A DNA stretch of 64,000 nucleotides from Giardia intestinalis (lineage: Eukaryota). The notes beneath the pieces are model-generated. The model saw nothing but the letters and a program-made list of their open reading frames with translations. It made no database searches and was not told the DNA's origin. Below are positions 1 to 10,172 of the stretch, in pieces. The DNA lies in the NCBI GenBank assembly GCA_000002435.2, contig CM018793.1, one strand, 5' to 3'. Each line of letters starts with the position of its first letter. Position 1 is the stretch's first letter. The translations under genes were made by a program, and so were the position numbers.

Positions 1-68
1 CAGGCAATGAGGGACGAGATTGATGCCAAAATAACTGCGGGGCTGATATAAAAAATAGAGACCACGGC

Positions 69-971
69 ATGGCACGGAATTTTTCGTGTATTTATACTAT
101 CCAGCATACTTTGGCAGACGTTCCGTTTGGGGTGCTCCATCGGATACGCCGTAATTTCGATGATAAACTGTTTTGTGCCCGAGAATTGGAGTACGCTGAC
201 ACCTGCACCAGTCACCATAAGCTACTAAAACTAGATATAGACCTGCTCCAGAAGTTCAAGCACAACCGGATAGTGCGCGTTCTGGAGGTAATTCACGAAG
301 AAGACGCGGGGGTATACTATGTCATCCAGGAGGATGCTACTGATAAGTATCTGTTGGAGATGCTGCAAGCGGCAAGGGCTGGCCATCCACCCGCCGAGGA
401 GATGATCTGGGGGTATATAGCTCAACTGGCTGAGGTTCTGTCAGTCATGCACAATACATCATACCAGGTCGATGAGGAGGGCAGTGTTCCTGTGGTACTA
501 GTACATGGAAACCTAGCTACAGACATTGTGCATACAGATCCGGGAGACCTGCACATTATCAAGCTCCAGACGCTTGGTGTAGGGCGAGAGGTTGCATTGG
601 GATGGAATCTTGTAGATACGCGGGGATCGAAGAGCTACATTGCCCCAGAGATTCATAAGCAGGTTATGGATTGTTTTGCTTCGTCTAAACCAGTATATCC
701 TCTTCTGACACCGGAGTGTGATATGTGGTCTCTCGGAGCCTTGGTTTACGAGCTATGCACAGGGACTCCATTGATAAAGCAGAAGACAAAGGATTACCCA
801 GCAGTTCTGGAGGCAATTCAGCGCCCCATTACGCTTCCGAAATATGGGGAAGAGCTGGCACATTTAGTCAACAGCCTCCTGGACCCCAACCCCACTAGAC
901 GGCCATCGGCATCTCAAGTCCTGGCACTCCCGTTGGTCCAGGAGATGCTACGTAAGCTTTCCACCAAGTGA
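69..971 (+). CDS. NEK-family protein kinase domain protein, probably a catalytically inactive pseudokinase
   Basis: Kinase subdomains VIII-IX are present (SYIAPEI, DMWSLGALVYELCTG). The catalytic loop is degenerate, HGNLATD instead of HRDLKPxN, and there is no clear DFG or GxGxxG. ATG at 69 has an AT-rich upstream context (tataaaaaatag). Confidence 0.8.
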   Translation: MARNFSCIYTIQHTLADVPFGVLHRIRRNFDDKLFCARELEYADTCTSHHKLLKLDIDLLQKFKHNRIVRVLEVIHEEDAGVYYVIQEDATDKYLLEMLQAARAGHPPAEEMIWGYIAQLAEVLSVMHNTSYQVDEEGSVPVVLVHGNLATDIVHTDPGDLHIIKLQTLGVGREVALGWNLVDTRGSKSYIAPEIHKQVMDCFASSKPVYPLLTPECDMWSLGALVYELCTGTPLIKQKTKDYPAVLEAIQRPITLPKYGEELAHLVNSLLDPNPTRRPSASQVLALPLVQEMLRKLSTK

Positions 972-1009
972 ATTGCCAAGTTCCACTTGTTCTCATTTAC
1001 ACGCGTTCT

Positions 1010-1522
1010 CTAGCACATTGGCAGTACCAACTCGGGCCTTGTTTCTGCAAGCAAAACCTTGAATTCGTCGTAGTCCAGTTCCTCCGGAATGACTATCTTC
1101 TTGGTTTGAACGGTTAAAGAGGCAGAGAGCCTTCTTTCTATCTGCGCCCTAATAATAGAGTCAAGGTTGATCTGCATATCAAATTTGGCAACCACTTCCT
1201 TGAGCGAGGCTAGAGGAATCTTACCCGATTTATCATATGCACCGCCTAATGCCTGCCAAGCGCTGAGAACATCTTGGTCGTCATCTGACCCAGAGCCCCG
1301 CGTTTTCTGATGCTGTATGATTCGCAAGAGCTCCTGAAAAGAAAGAAGACCGTCAGAGTTAACATCTGCGTCGGCTATCATGGTAAAAAGCTCCTCGTCA
1401 GTAGGTTCGAGTCCAATGGCTTGAAGAATTTCTCTTATGCGCCACATATCAACCGTCCCTGTGTTGGAGGTGTCAAATGTTTCAAAAACTTCTCGACATC
1501 TGTTGATCTCGTTAGGATTCAT
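1010..1522 (-). CDS. EF-hand calcium-binding protein (calmodulin/centrin superfamily)
   Basis: 170 aa with a canonical EF loop DVNSDGLLSFQE and further degenerate EF-hand pairs (FDTSNTGTVD...). The ATG was verified at 1520-1522 on the minus strand. Confidence 0.75.
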   Translation of the reverse strand: MNPNEINRCREVFETFDTSNTGTVDMWRIREILQAIGLEPTDEELFTMIADADVNSDGLLSFQELLRIIQHQKTRGSGSDDDQDVLSAWQALGGAYDKSGKIPLASLKEVVAKFDMQINLDSIIRAQIERRLSASLTVQTKKIVIPEELDYDEFKVLLAETRPELVLPMC

Positions 1523-1595
1523 TGAGCAGAAACAGTCTAGGGCTCAGAATCTGAGAACTCAATTAAAATGTGACGCCAAGAGAAATTAAAAATGG

Positions 1596-3020
1596 ATGCA
1601 GGCCAGTGCCGCCGTTCTCTTTACCCGCGACGGCTACATTCTTCAGGTTGCAGTCAGCCCACAGCTAGAGCCTACTTTGCCCGCGGATGAGTTTATTTCC
1701 ATAGCACGCTTTGCTTCATTTCTTCTTATTTCAGGAGAGTCTCGCGTGACAAATGCAAGGATTCGCAAGTACTATGCCATTGTATCATCTATAGGCCACG
1801 TAGGATGTGTGCTATTATACATATCTCCACTAGCAACAGATGCCGTCCAGTATGCCTTGGTCCAATCGGTATTCCTTTTGTCAATGGTTCATCACTACTC
1901 TGGCCCTACCATCATCAGTATATCTGAGTACATTGAGTACTTCAATTCTCAGTATGAGCAGAAGATGACTGCGTCTCAACCTTCTGAGGCACTCGGCTCT
2001 GAGAGCGTTTTGAGTCTGAGTACCGCATCAACTATTCAACCATTGTCTTCTCCTGTGAGAAGATTTTACACTTGTCAGCCCATCTATCCCAAGATACGGA
2101 AACATTTCAGGCACGAAACTTTGGATTACTTTACTCGTTTAGCCTTCCTTACCTGCCTAACCCCGCCTCGCTCGGCCAGGAATTTGTTGTGTCAAAGAAA
2201 TGTCCATGACAAAGAACTTTTTATTCTTAACTTATCGTCTTGTCTTGGTCTTGTTTACGTGGTGTTGCCATATTCGGCGTCCCGGAGTGGGTGTATTCTG
2301 AGGCTTGTAGGTGAGAGACTGAAGTGGACTCTCCAACAGAATCCAGGACTCAGCGCGGAGATAGGTTATTTGTGCTGTCTTTCTAGTCAGGTCAGCTGGT
2401 GTTATCAGGACAACCCTACTGATGAAGCTGGTCTTGTGCCTTCCACAGCCTACTTGTGCAACTCTTATCAGCTGGTCACCCAGCCCTGTCGGTTTGTAGG
2501 GCCATCATTATTGGATAATGACGAGTCGACCGATAACCAGCCGCCATGCTCATTTTATCTTTGCTTGGCTGCACTTTTGACGCGAGAGTCACTAAAGGAT
2601 GTGGAGATTTTAGAATACGTTACAGCAACATCGGCCAGACTTCAACTCACACCTTTTGAAACGCATAAGCAGTTATTTCAACTTGCTATTATGTTGTGCC
2701 ATCCGTTCCACGACGAGGCCCGAGCGATCAAAGAGAGGCCAGAACGAGTGCCTACAGCTTCCGCAGTCACAGTCATTCCTACGCAGCCCCCACTCTTTGC
2801 GAAGAAGGCCGTCTCTGGGACCATTGCGCTAGGATCGACAATACCTCATGGAGCGAATAAGAAATCAAGCTCGGAGTTGACTGTGAATAGCAAAGGAAGC
2901 AGGGTCAGCATCGTAGGCATCAGTGACTCATCCAACAGCACCGGTTCAAACATACGATTTACTACAGATGACGAGAAGGTCACGGCGGCCAAGCCTCTTA
3001 AAGTTCCTCGACACCGCTAG
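1596..3020 (+). CDS. hypothetical protein
   Basis: 474-aa ORF with ATG in an AT-rich context (agaaattaaaaATGG). No recognisable domain. Its 3' end overlaps the convergent Lsg1-like gene by 23 bp. Confidence 0.55.
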   Translation: MQASAAVLFTRDGYILQVAVSPQLEPTLPADEFISIARFASFLLISGESRVTNARIRKYYAIVSSIGHVGCVLLYISPLATDAVQYALVQSVFLLSMVHHYSGPTIISISEYIEYFNSQYEQKMTASQPSEALGSESVLSLSTASTIQPLSSPVRRFYTCQPIYPKIRKHFRHETLDYFTRLAFLTCLTPPRSARNLLCQRNVHDKELFILNLSSCLGLVYVVLPYSASRSGCILRLVGERLKWTLQQNPGLSAEIGYLCCLSSQVSWCYQDNPTDEAGLVPSTAYLCNSYQLVTQPCRFVGPSLLDNDESTDNQPPCSFYLCLAALLTRESLKDVEILEYVTATSARLQLTPFETHKQLFQLAIMLCHPFHDEARAIKERPERVPTASAVTVIPTQPPLFAKKAVSGTIALGSTIPHGANKKSSSELTVNSKGSRVSIVGISDSSNSTGSNIRFTTDDEKVTAAKPLKVPRHR

Positions 3021-4521
3021 TATCTTCCTCATATTCAGTATCGCTCTCGCTCTCGTCGCGCGCTTCTTCAGCATTTACATATATTGCTGGACAGATGCTT
3101 GGTAAGTTTTCCAAAACACTATTGAGATTTTTGTCGAGGTCCTGTGATGGATAAACCGTGTATGCAATGGATCCATTAACAATTAATTTAAATAGCTCCA
3201 TTCCTGCTCTGTTTATGTTGGGGGTTAAGCCTTTAGAAAAGTAGCTCCACATATATGCATAGAGCTCTAGAATCTCTCCAGGAGAGTCAGGCTTCTTCTG
3301 ATTCAGTTCAGGGTACCGTGTATACAGTGAATCTAAGTTTAGTCGCTCAACAATGTCCTCCTTGAATCCCGGGACACACTCAACAAGCAGTCGCAGAGGG
3401 GTGAGAAACTCCCTCGTTCGCGCTAGCGGGAAGACACCAGTTATGACCTGCAGAGGCCTAGGAGACCCCTTAACTGCAAACACAAGTCCAGGGCAATCAC
3501 AGAGCACAAATGAACGATCTGTCTCTCCCTCCACCACACCGCTGAGGGGCAAATAATGCGTCTGGAGATGCTTTGTATGACCAGGGGTAAGCTTTACGCT
3601 CACAACTTTCTTCCCATAAATCCCGTTGATGAGGCTGCTCTTTCCAACGGATGGCTGGCCAAAGAAGCCAATGGTGATCCTCTTTGGAGTGGAGATACCC
3701 GAAAGAGCTCTAGATGCGGAAACAAAGGCCTCCATGAAGTGCTTATGCTCTTCCTTGTTTTCTTTCAGAAGCATAGAGTTGCAAGTCATGATAGCAAATT
3801 GCTTTTGTCCGTTAACCTCTTCCAGAACAGCCCCTACATATTTGTTCAGAAATGCAACCCAAGCATCAACGCTGTCTTTTTCCGCTAGGTCTATTTTGTT
3901 TAGGACAATGATGACTGGACGAACACAGATTTTAGCATAGCGAAGTATGCTGACAGGAAGATGGGCAAGCGGGAACCGAGCATCGACGACGATGCACATC
4001 AAATTTGAGCGTTCAGTAACACGCCAGACCTGTCTATAGACGTTTTCGTTACACTCAAATACGCAATACTCCGTGGCTATAACATCCAAATCAGGGGAAA
4101 TACCCTTGAAAAAGGCCTCAAACACTGCGGTTTCTGCTTGCAGTAACTCATCCTTTGACATTTTTAACACGCCTTCGGGTCTTCTTGGTATGTCTGCACA
4201 GCAGGAAGGAAGAAGATAAACGTGCTGATCCAGAGAAAAGGAGTCGCCTGTGGTATTGAAGGGAACATAAGCAGCTTCCTTGTTCTTCTGAACAACTGCA
4301 TCAGAGTCGTTAATGAACCGGAGAAAGAAGTGTGAGGGGTCCTGCTTTGCCTTTGTTGAGGGGAGCTTCTTTTGTTCCCTAGAAGTAGCGTCATGCTCTT
4401 TTGCTATATTCGCTTGTCGTTTCTCCTTAAGTTGCTCCTTTTTCTGTTTGTGAGAAAAGGGCTTACGTCTAGCAGGCATAAATCTATTTTTAATCTTGAT
4501 TTTTTGTGCACGCTTACTCAT
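2998..4521 (-). CDS. LSG1: Circularly permuted GTPase, Lsg1/GNL1-like (large-subunit GTPase 1 family)
   Basis: The G4 motif VLNKIDL precedes the G1 P-loop GFFGQPSVGKSSLIN (permuted YlqF/YawG order). KHLQTHYL and LCDCPGLVF motifs are also present. ATG at 4519-4521 (minus) has ttattaaagg just upstream. Confidence 0.85.
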   Translation of the reverse strand: MSKRAQKIKIKNRFMPARRKPFSHKQKKEQLKEKRQANIAKEHDATSREQKKLPSTKAKQDPSHFFLRFINDSDAVVQKNKEAAYVPFNTTGDSFSLDQHVYLLPSCCADIPRRPEGVLKMSKDELLQAETAVFEAFFKGISPDLDVIATEYCVFECNENVYRQVWRVTERSNLMCIVVDARFPLAHLPVSILRYAKICVRPVIIVLNKIDLAEKDSVDAWVAFLNKYVGAVLEEVNGQKQFAIMTCNSMLLKENKEEHKHFMEAFVSASRALSGISTPKRITIGFFGQPSVGKSSLINGIYGKKVVSVKLTPGHTKHLQTHYLPLSGVVEGETDRSFVLCDCPGLVFAVKGSPRPLQVITGVFPLARTREFLTPLRLLVECVPGFKEDIVERLNLDSLYTRYPELNQKKPDSPGEILELYAYMWSYFSKGLTPNINRAGMELFKLIVNGSIAYTVYPSQDLDKNLNSVLENLPSICPAIYVNAEEARDESESDTEYEEDTSGVEEL

Positions 4522-4561
4522 CCTTTAATAAAGCTTCAGACAGCAGCCAAAAGCTCCAATG

Positions 4562-7500
4562 CTAACTTCTAAAGATCTCACCCGGAGAATCTAAGTCAAG
4601 GAAGGTCTCCAGACAAGTTCGTGCATGTCGCTCGTGACTGATAAGGGGATTATCAAGGTCGTCAATAATGGTACGACAGAATACGTCTATAAGCAATGCA
4701 AAGTAGCCCTGCTTGCGAATAAACTCACTGTCCAGTGATCGCTTGACCACAGCAGGAAGCCAGGTGACAAATCGGTACATGACTTTTGGAGTTAGATGGG
4801 CTTTAGATGCGTATAGCTCGCTAAGGTTTTTAATAAAGCTGCTTCCAATCTCTATAGCATGATCATACGCGCTGCGACCTTTGTTATCTGTGAGAGTGAG
4901 TTCCTCTGCGAGGTAGGGAAATGCAAATGCATTCTCGTGTCTGACTGCGTAGATGAGGGCTGTGAGGCCCTGGTTGTCTTTCGCTGTAACCTCCGCGCCT
5001 GACAAAAAGTTTATGCACGGTCTCATGGTGTTAGCTGGAAGGGTCCCAACGGATGCTGCATGCATAAGCGCAGTCTGGCCCTTGAGGTCTACCATGTGCG
5101 CTTCATGCGGAAGAAGACAGCTAAGTCCCACGATATTACCGTTCATAGCCGCGTACATTAACGCGGTATAGCCTTCTCGTGTGGCTTGCCTTGCCTGCAG
5201 AGGTAAAAGAATTCTTACTATGTCATTGTGCCAATTCTTTGCGGCGATCATCATGCAGCTCATATTGTCTTCAGTTTTACGGAGCTTTGCTTCCTGTCCC
5301 ATGAGTATCTTCACTATCTCTGTGTGACCTAACATGCTAGCGGTCCAGAGAGCAGTGGTTCCGTCTCGCCTCGTCATCTGCGCCTCTGCAGCCAATAATA
5401 AACGCGTCGCCTCGCGATTGTCGTACTGTGCGGCAAACATTAGAGCTGTTTCACCAGTTGTAGTGGTCATTTTTCCTTCACGACTGATCAGTAGGGGTAT
5501 TGCAAAATTAAGTCCGCGCTCTACGGCCATCATAAGTGCCGTCTTACGGTGACTATCTGCGCGACCAGCTTGCACAGGTGCGAGTATTTTTACTGCGGCT
5601 TCACAGCCTGCACAGATAGCAGCCATTAGTGGTGTCGTTCCATCATCTAAGCAGCAGTCGCCTTCATACTTTAGTAGCTCCTTAAGTACTTCGTTTCCTT
5701 CTCTGCGTGCGCATATGATTATGGCGGTTTCTCCAGTTTTTGTCCTAGCCCGAAGTTCTTTGAATCCAACCCTGGCATACTCTTCTGGTCTTTGATAGAC
5801 AACGCCCCTGGCGTGCTTTTCATAGTCCATGTGTATGATCTGCTTAGCAATGCTCATGTGTCCACACTCAATGGCATACATTAAAGCTGTCTTTCCAGAA
5901 TTTTCTGCTATGCCTACCTCTCGAGATAGCAACAGATCCACAACCTTCAAGCTGTTCGCTTGTAGTGCCAAGATGAGGGCAGTGCAGCCAGAGTAGTCTT
6001 GCTGACCTATTTCATTCGTAATCAATATCACTACCGACTCGACTGCGTTTGACTCTGCAGCCATCATCAGAGCCGTCCGGCCCATGTCATCCATTCGTCT
6101 AGACTGACCTTTAAACAACATCTGTACGATCTCCTTGTGATTAAGTTTAGAGGCAATCATAAGAGCAGATGTACCCGCTAATGTATTCATATTTATTTCT
6201 AATTCCATCAATCGTTGGACAATATCTGTGTATCCTTTTTCTGCTGCAATATGCATTGCAGTCAATCCGTCTTTGCGTTGCGTACCACCCTCTCTCTCTA
6301 AAAGCAAGTCGGCTGCATCTGGGTGACCATACATTAGTGCATACATCAGTGCCGTAGTACCATCAACATCCACCATTCGCGATTCATAATCCAGGAGTTC
6401 TTTAATCAGCTTAAGATTTCCCAGTCGTGCCGCCTCCATGAGAGCAGTTAGCCCGGTAAGATCTGTTTTCTTCCGCTCGCTAGGTAGCAAGGTAAAAGCA
6501 CAGCTTATGGCATTCTTAGCAATGGCCTTCATTAGAGCTGTCTTTCCTTCCTTGTCCTGTCTGCCTAACTCAGACTTTAGGGCCCCGCATAGTGTGTCGA
6601 AACCAGCTTCTGCCGCATACATAAGGGCTGTGCATCCATTTATATCTGCACGTCCAGCCTCCTTGTCAACAAGTAGCAGTGCTGCGCTTTGGTGACCCGC
6701 AAGAATCGCCTTAATAAGAGCTGTTCTCCCGTCCTTATCTACACATGAAGATTCTACAGACAAAAGAGAAGGAATTATCTTCTCGTGATTTCGTTCTGCA
6801 GCCCTCATAAGTGCTGTGCAGCCATCACGATCCTGAATGCGCAGTTCGCTTTTTAAAGCGTCAACACTTCCCTTGTCATTAGTTTCTGCAGCTCGCATTA
6901 GTGCTGTTCGACCTTTCTTGTCTCGAATCATTGCCTCCTCCATCAATGCAAACGCAGCACGTGTATGCCCATTTTGTGTAGCATACATCAGTGCTGTCTG
7001 AGATTCAGCATCCTTCATCAGCTTCTCCCTTGGAAAGAGAAGCTTCACTGCCTCCGTATTTCCAGAGCGAGCTGCATACATTAACGCAGTCATGCCGTTC
7101 TTATCCTGGATACCTGCCTCCTTGTCTATGAGCGCGCGAACTGCAGAAATATCTCCATTGTCACTGGATATCATCAAAGCTGTGACACCATCTATATTTT
7201 GCAACCCTGCCTGCATAAGGACCAATTTTAGAACTATTTCCGTATGTTTGTGCATGGCCGCTATATGCATTGCGCTATTTTGCTTAATGTCTGTATATTC
7301 AATCTGGTAAGGATAAAGAAGATCTACTATATTAGAGTATCCCTTTTCTGCAGCAATTAGTATGGAAACAAAATTGTTCTTGTCCTGATTTGCAACTTCG
7401 CCCTCATGGTCGCCGTGTGCGATAAGATATTCAACTAGCTTATAATTTCCTTTCTCTGCTGCAAAGTATGTGGCTGTGGCACCCTTTTTATTACACATTT

Positions 7501-8242
7501 TGGCTTCACCATCAATAGCTAGCTTCACACCCTCTAGGGATCCCCTGCTGGCAGCTATCATGAGTGATGTAGTCCCGTCTGTTTTCTGCATCCCTATTTC
7601 GCGCTCCCGCAGCATCTCTGCTATCTTTCGATTCTCGTTTTCAACAGCTAGCATGAATGCTGTGGTGCCGTCGTGTGCTCGTCGACCAGCTTGTGTTATG
7701 AAGAGAGCTTCAGCTGCGTTAAAACGATTATCCTTTGTCGCATACATTAGCGCAGTCATCCCTATGTCATCCTTCAGATCCTCTTCATCATCAAGAAGCT
7801 TAAGCACAAGATGGTATTGATTCTGTTTTGCAGCTAACATCAATGCGCTGGCACCATCGTTCCGTTGCCGTCCTTTTTCGTAAGGGAGTAGCAATTCAGC
7901 GATTCCTGTACGAGAAGCTTCGATAGCTAGCATCAAGGCGGTTGATCCATTGCTGTCGACCCGATTGGCTTCAAAATCCTTAAGTATATTAACTGTCTTT
8001 TCATCTGCGTACTTTACCGCTAACATAAGTGCAGTGTAACCCTGGGAACTCACGGCACCGGCTTCATGTTCAAGTAAAATAGAGACCATCTGCGTATCTG
8101 AATGACAGGCAGCGACCATAAGCCCTGTCTCTCCTTTCTCGTTTTTAGTGGTCCTCATACTTTTGACACTTAACTTCACCACCTCATATCGTCCGGTGCT
8201 TATAGCATGAAACCACTCGGCTGCAGTAAAAACAGCTGTCAT
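4562..8242 (-). CDS. Ankyrin-repeat protein, Giardia protein 21.1 family
   Basis: 1226 aa made of about 33-aa ankyrin repeats with the characteristic G(xT)ALM(xAA) motif. ATG at 8240-8242 (minus) with AT-rich upstream. Confidence 0.9.
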   Translation of the reverse strand: MTAVFTAAEWFHAISTGRYEVVKLSVKSMRTTKNEKGETGLMVAACHSDTQMVSILLEHEAGAVSSQGYTALMLAVKYADEKTVNILKDFEANRVDSNGSTALMLAIEASRTGIAELLLPYEKGRQRNDGASALMLAAKQNQYHLVLKLLDDEEDLKDDIGMTALMYATKDNRFNAAEALFITQAGRRAHDGTTAFMLAVENENRKIAEMLREREIGMQKTDGTTSLMIAASRGSLEGVKLAIDGEAKMCNKKGATATYFAAEKGNYKLVEYLIAHGDHEGEVANQDKNNFVSILIAAEKGYSNIVDLLYPYQIEYTDIKQNSAMHIAAMHKHTEIVLKLVLMQAGLQNIDGVTALMISSDNGDISAVRALIDKEAGIQDKNGMTALMYAARSGNTEAVKLLFPREKLMKDAESQTALMYATQNGHTRAAFALMEEAMIRDKKGRTALMRAAETNDKGSVDALKSELRIQDRDGCTALMRAAERNHEKIIPSLLSVESSCVDKDGRTALIKAILAGHQSAALLLVDKEAGRADINGCTALMYAAEAGFDTLCGALKSELGRQDKEGKTALMKAIAKNAISCAFTLLPSERKKTDLTGLTALMEAARLGNLKLIKELLDYESRMVDVDGTTALMYALMYGHPDAADLLLEREGGTQRKDGLTAMHIAAEKGYTDIVQRLMELEINMNTLAGTSALMIASKLNHKEIVQMLFKGQSRRMDDMGRTALMMAAESNAVESVVILITNEIGQQDYSGCTALILALQANSLKVVDLLLSREVGIAENSGKTALMYAIECGHMSIAKQIIHMDYEKHARGVVYQRPEEYARVGFKELRARTKTGETAIIICARREGNEVLKELLKYEGDCCLDDGTTPLMAAICAGCEAAVKILAPVQAGRADSHRKTALMMAVERGLNFAIPLLISREGKMTTTTGETALMFAAQYDNREATRLLLAAEAQMTRRDGTTALWTASMLGHTEIVKILMGQEAKLRKTEDNMSCMMIAAKNWHNDIVRILLPLQARQATREGYTALMYAAMNGNIVGLSCLLPHEAHMVDLKGQTALMHAASVGTLPANTMRPCINFLSGAEVTAKDNQGLTALIYAVRHENAFAFPYLAEELTLTDNKGRSAYDHAIEIGSSFIKNLSELYASKAHLTPKVMYRFVTWLPAVVKRSLDSEFIRKQGYFALLIDVFCRTIIDDLDNPLISHERHARTCLETFLDLDSPGEIFRS

Positions 8243-9182
8243 GATATATTTTTGAAATTTGACCCAATAGTTCTGCCTTAGGGCAACTACGAGCCTTTAA
8301 AGCACTATTGTAATTCATCACCATACATGCTTCAGAAAAGCACATGTATCGTCATCTGTATTTCCATTAATTTCTACTCTGGACTGCAGCCAACCTAACT
8401 AGCCTGAAGAAAAGTTGCTTGCATAAATCGCCTTTAAGGTAATTATATGTTAATGTTTCGAAGAGTATTTACTTGTCCACACACTAATACAATGATAGAG
8501 ACACAAGCTATCGAAAAGATTACAGATTGCAAGTTTGCATAATAGTTAGCGCATTTCAAGAAGTCAAAACAGATACCGAAGAGCATAGATACACATCAGG
8601 GAATATAATTTGACTGAGGTTACCAACAGCAAGATTAAGTTTAGGATTTTCGTGGAACTAGATGTATTGTTCTGCAGTTTGAGCTTAACTGTGCATTCTC
8701 TCTTAGTTAACTAAAGTAGAGCAAACCAACATCTATACAAAATCCAAACTCAAAGCACATTGGCAGATATCCGTATTTACAACAAACCTTCTGGATTCAA
8801 AGGCTAACGTTAGCACTTTCTTCACACTATAATAGAGTAAGACCCAGCTGTCATCTGTTATCAATTGCATCATATTCCACCGCCCTCGATGTCTGCATGC
8901 TATTAGGATTGTTGTCCGCTACCTACTATGCTCCCCATAGTACTTTCGACATTTCTCTCTCAGTGGCGCAAAGGCCACCACCCAGTGATCGCGGATACTA
9001 CACATTCAAATGGGACGATAGATCGCGTTATTGTCATGCAACAATACTATCTTTAAGGTTGCTACATCTTCACATAAAGGCTTAGTTGTGGGGTGCGCTC
9101 CTCCAAGGCTACAAATTCAGACAGAGGCTTCTTCCTGTGGTGGCGTTGAGAAGAGAATTCACCGCCGCCCTGCACGCATGCC

Positions 9183-9623
9183 TCAGTGCATGCGGACGGG
9201 GAGGCCCCGGAGGCGGGCGACGCGGCGCGAGAGCAGGGCGACCTCGGCGTCGAGCTCGCAGACCTGGGCCCGGCGGCGGCGGATGAGCGCGTCGGCCTCG
9301 AAGGGCGAGAGGCCCAGGGCGGTCCCGGCCGGGAAGAGCGCCTGCCAGCGGGCCCCGGGGGAGGGCGGCATCGGGCGCTGCTGCGGGGCGTCCGGGGACG
9401 GGGGCGGGGCCGGCGCCTCCCGGAGCCCGGCGAGCACGGACAGGGCGTCGCGCGCGAACTCGTGCCCGAGGCGCTCCGGGGGCGGGACGTTCGGGTAGCC
9501 GGCGTCCGTGCAGCGGCGGAGCAGGTGCAGCAGCCCGCGCACCTCCCCGAGGCCCCCCGGGCCGGCCGCGCACCGGGCGAGGGCGTCGGCGAGCTCCAGG
9601 TACGCCTGCTCGGCGCTGGCCAT
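9183..9623 (-). CDS. hypothetical protein, GC-rich gene
   Basis: 146-aa ORF in 70% GC DNA. ATG is preceded by an AT-rich initiator (tttattaaacagcgATGG). C-terminal region is coiled-coil-like. Other GC-rich ORFs on both strands overlap it, so confidence is moderate only. Confidence 0.45.
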   Translation of the reverse strand: MASAEQAYLELADALARCAAGPGGLGEVRGLLHLLRRCTDAGYPNVPPPERLGHEFARDALSVLAGLREAPAPPPSPDAPQQRPMPPSPGARWQALFPAGTALGLSPFEADALIRRRRAQVCELDAEVALLSRRVARLRGLPVRMH

Positions 9624-9776
9624 CGCTGTTTAATAAATGAGTGTGGCCGGGCCCCTGCGCCGGGCTGGCGCTCGGGGGCGTCGGCGGGCTCTGGGAGGGC
9701 CGACTCTGCCCCGGGCCCCGGAGCCTTAAGTGCCCTCCGCGGGCAAGGACTGCCCGAAATTATTCGGGGAAGGCGT

Positions 9777-10172
9777 TTACAGGCGGTCCCCCTGGTCCTC
9801 CTCCAGGACGACGGCGGAGACGCCCCCGAACTGCTGGCAGAACGCGAGCATGTGGTAGAGGAGGGGGATCTCGTTGTTGATCGCGTCGGGCGACAGGCCG
9901 AGGGTCCGGATCAGGTACTCCCGGCTGACGGGGAGCGTCGGGATCCCCGCCTCGACCTCGAGGGTGCCGGCGGTGGAGTGGAGGCCCATGAAGCGGAAGA
10001 ACTCCGTGATGAGCTCCAGGATCACGTACGTCTCGCCCTCGGGCTGCGGGGGCGGGCTGGCCTTGTGGCCCTCGAGCGCGCGGAGGACGGACTCGCGGAC
10101 CTTCGCCTGCAGGACCGCGAGCTCGCCCCGCTGCTTCATGTTCTGGAGGATGATGCTCTTGATCTCGTCCAT
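9777..10172 (-). CDS. FOPNL: FOR20/FOPNL-like protein (FOP N-terminal dimerisation domain with LisH; centriolar/basal-body protein)
   Basis: From MDEIKSIILQNMKQRGELAVLQAKVRESVLRALE...YVILELITEFFRF...LPVSREYLIRTLGL...IPLLYHMLAFC the protein aligns by eye to FOR20 (LKARIRAEVFNAL...NELIREYLEF...VPLDRQFLIHELN...IPLLYGIL). The real ATG is at 10170-10172 with aaaataaagacc just upstream. The ORF track's longer form uses an upstream non-conserved Met. Confidence 0.7.
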   Translation of the reverse strand: MDEIKSIILQNMKQRGELAVLQAKVRESVLRALEGHKASPPPQPEGETYVILELITEFFRFMGLHSTAGTLEVEAGIPTLPVSREYLIRTLGLSPDAINNEIPLLYHMLAFCQQFGGVSAVVLEEDQGDRL

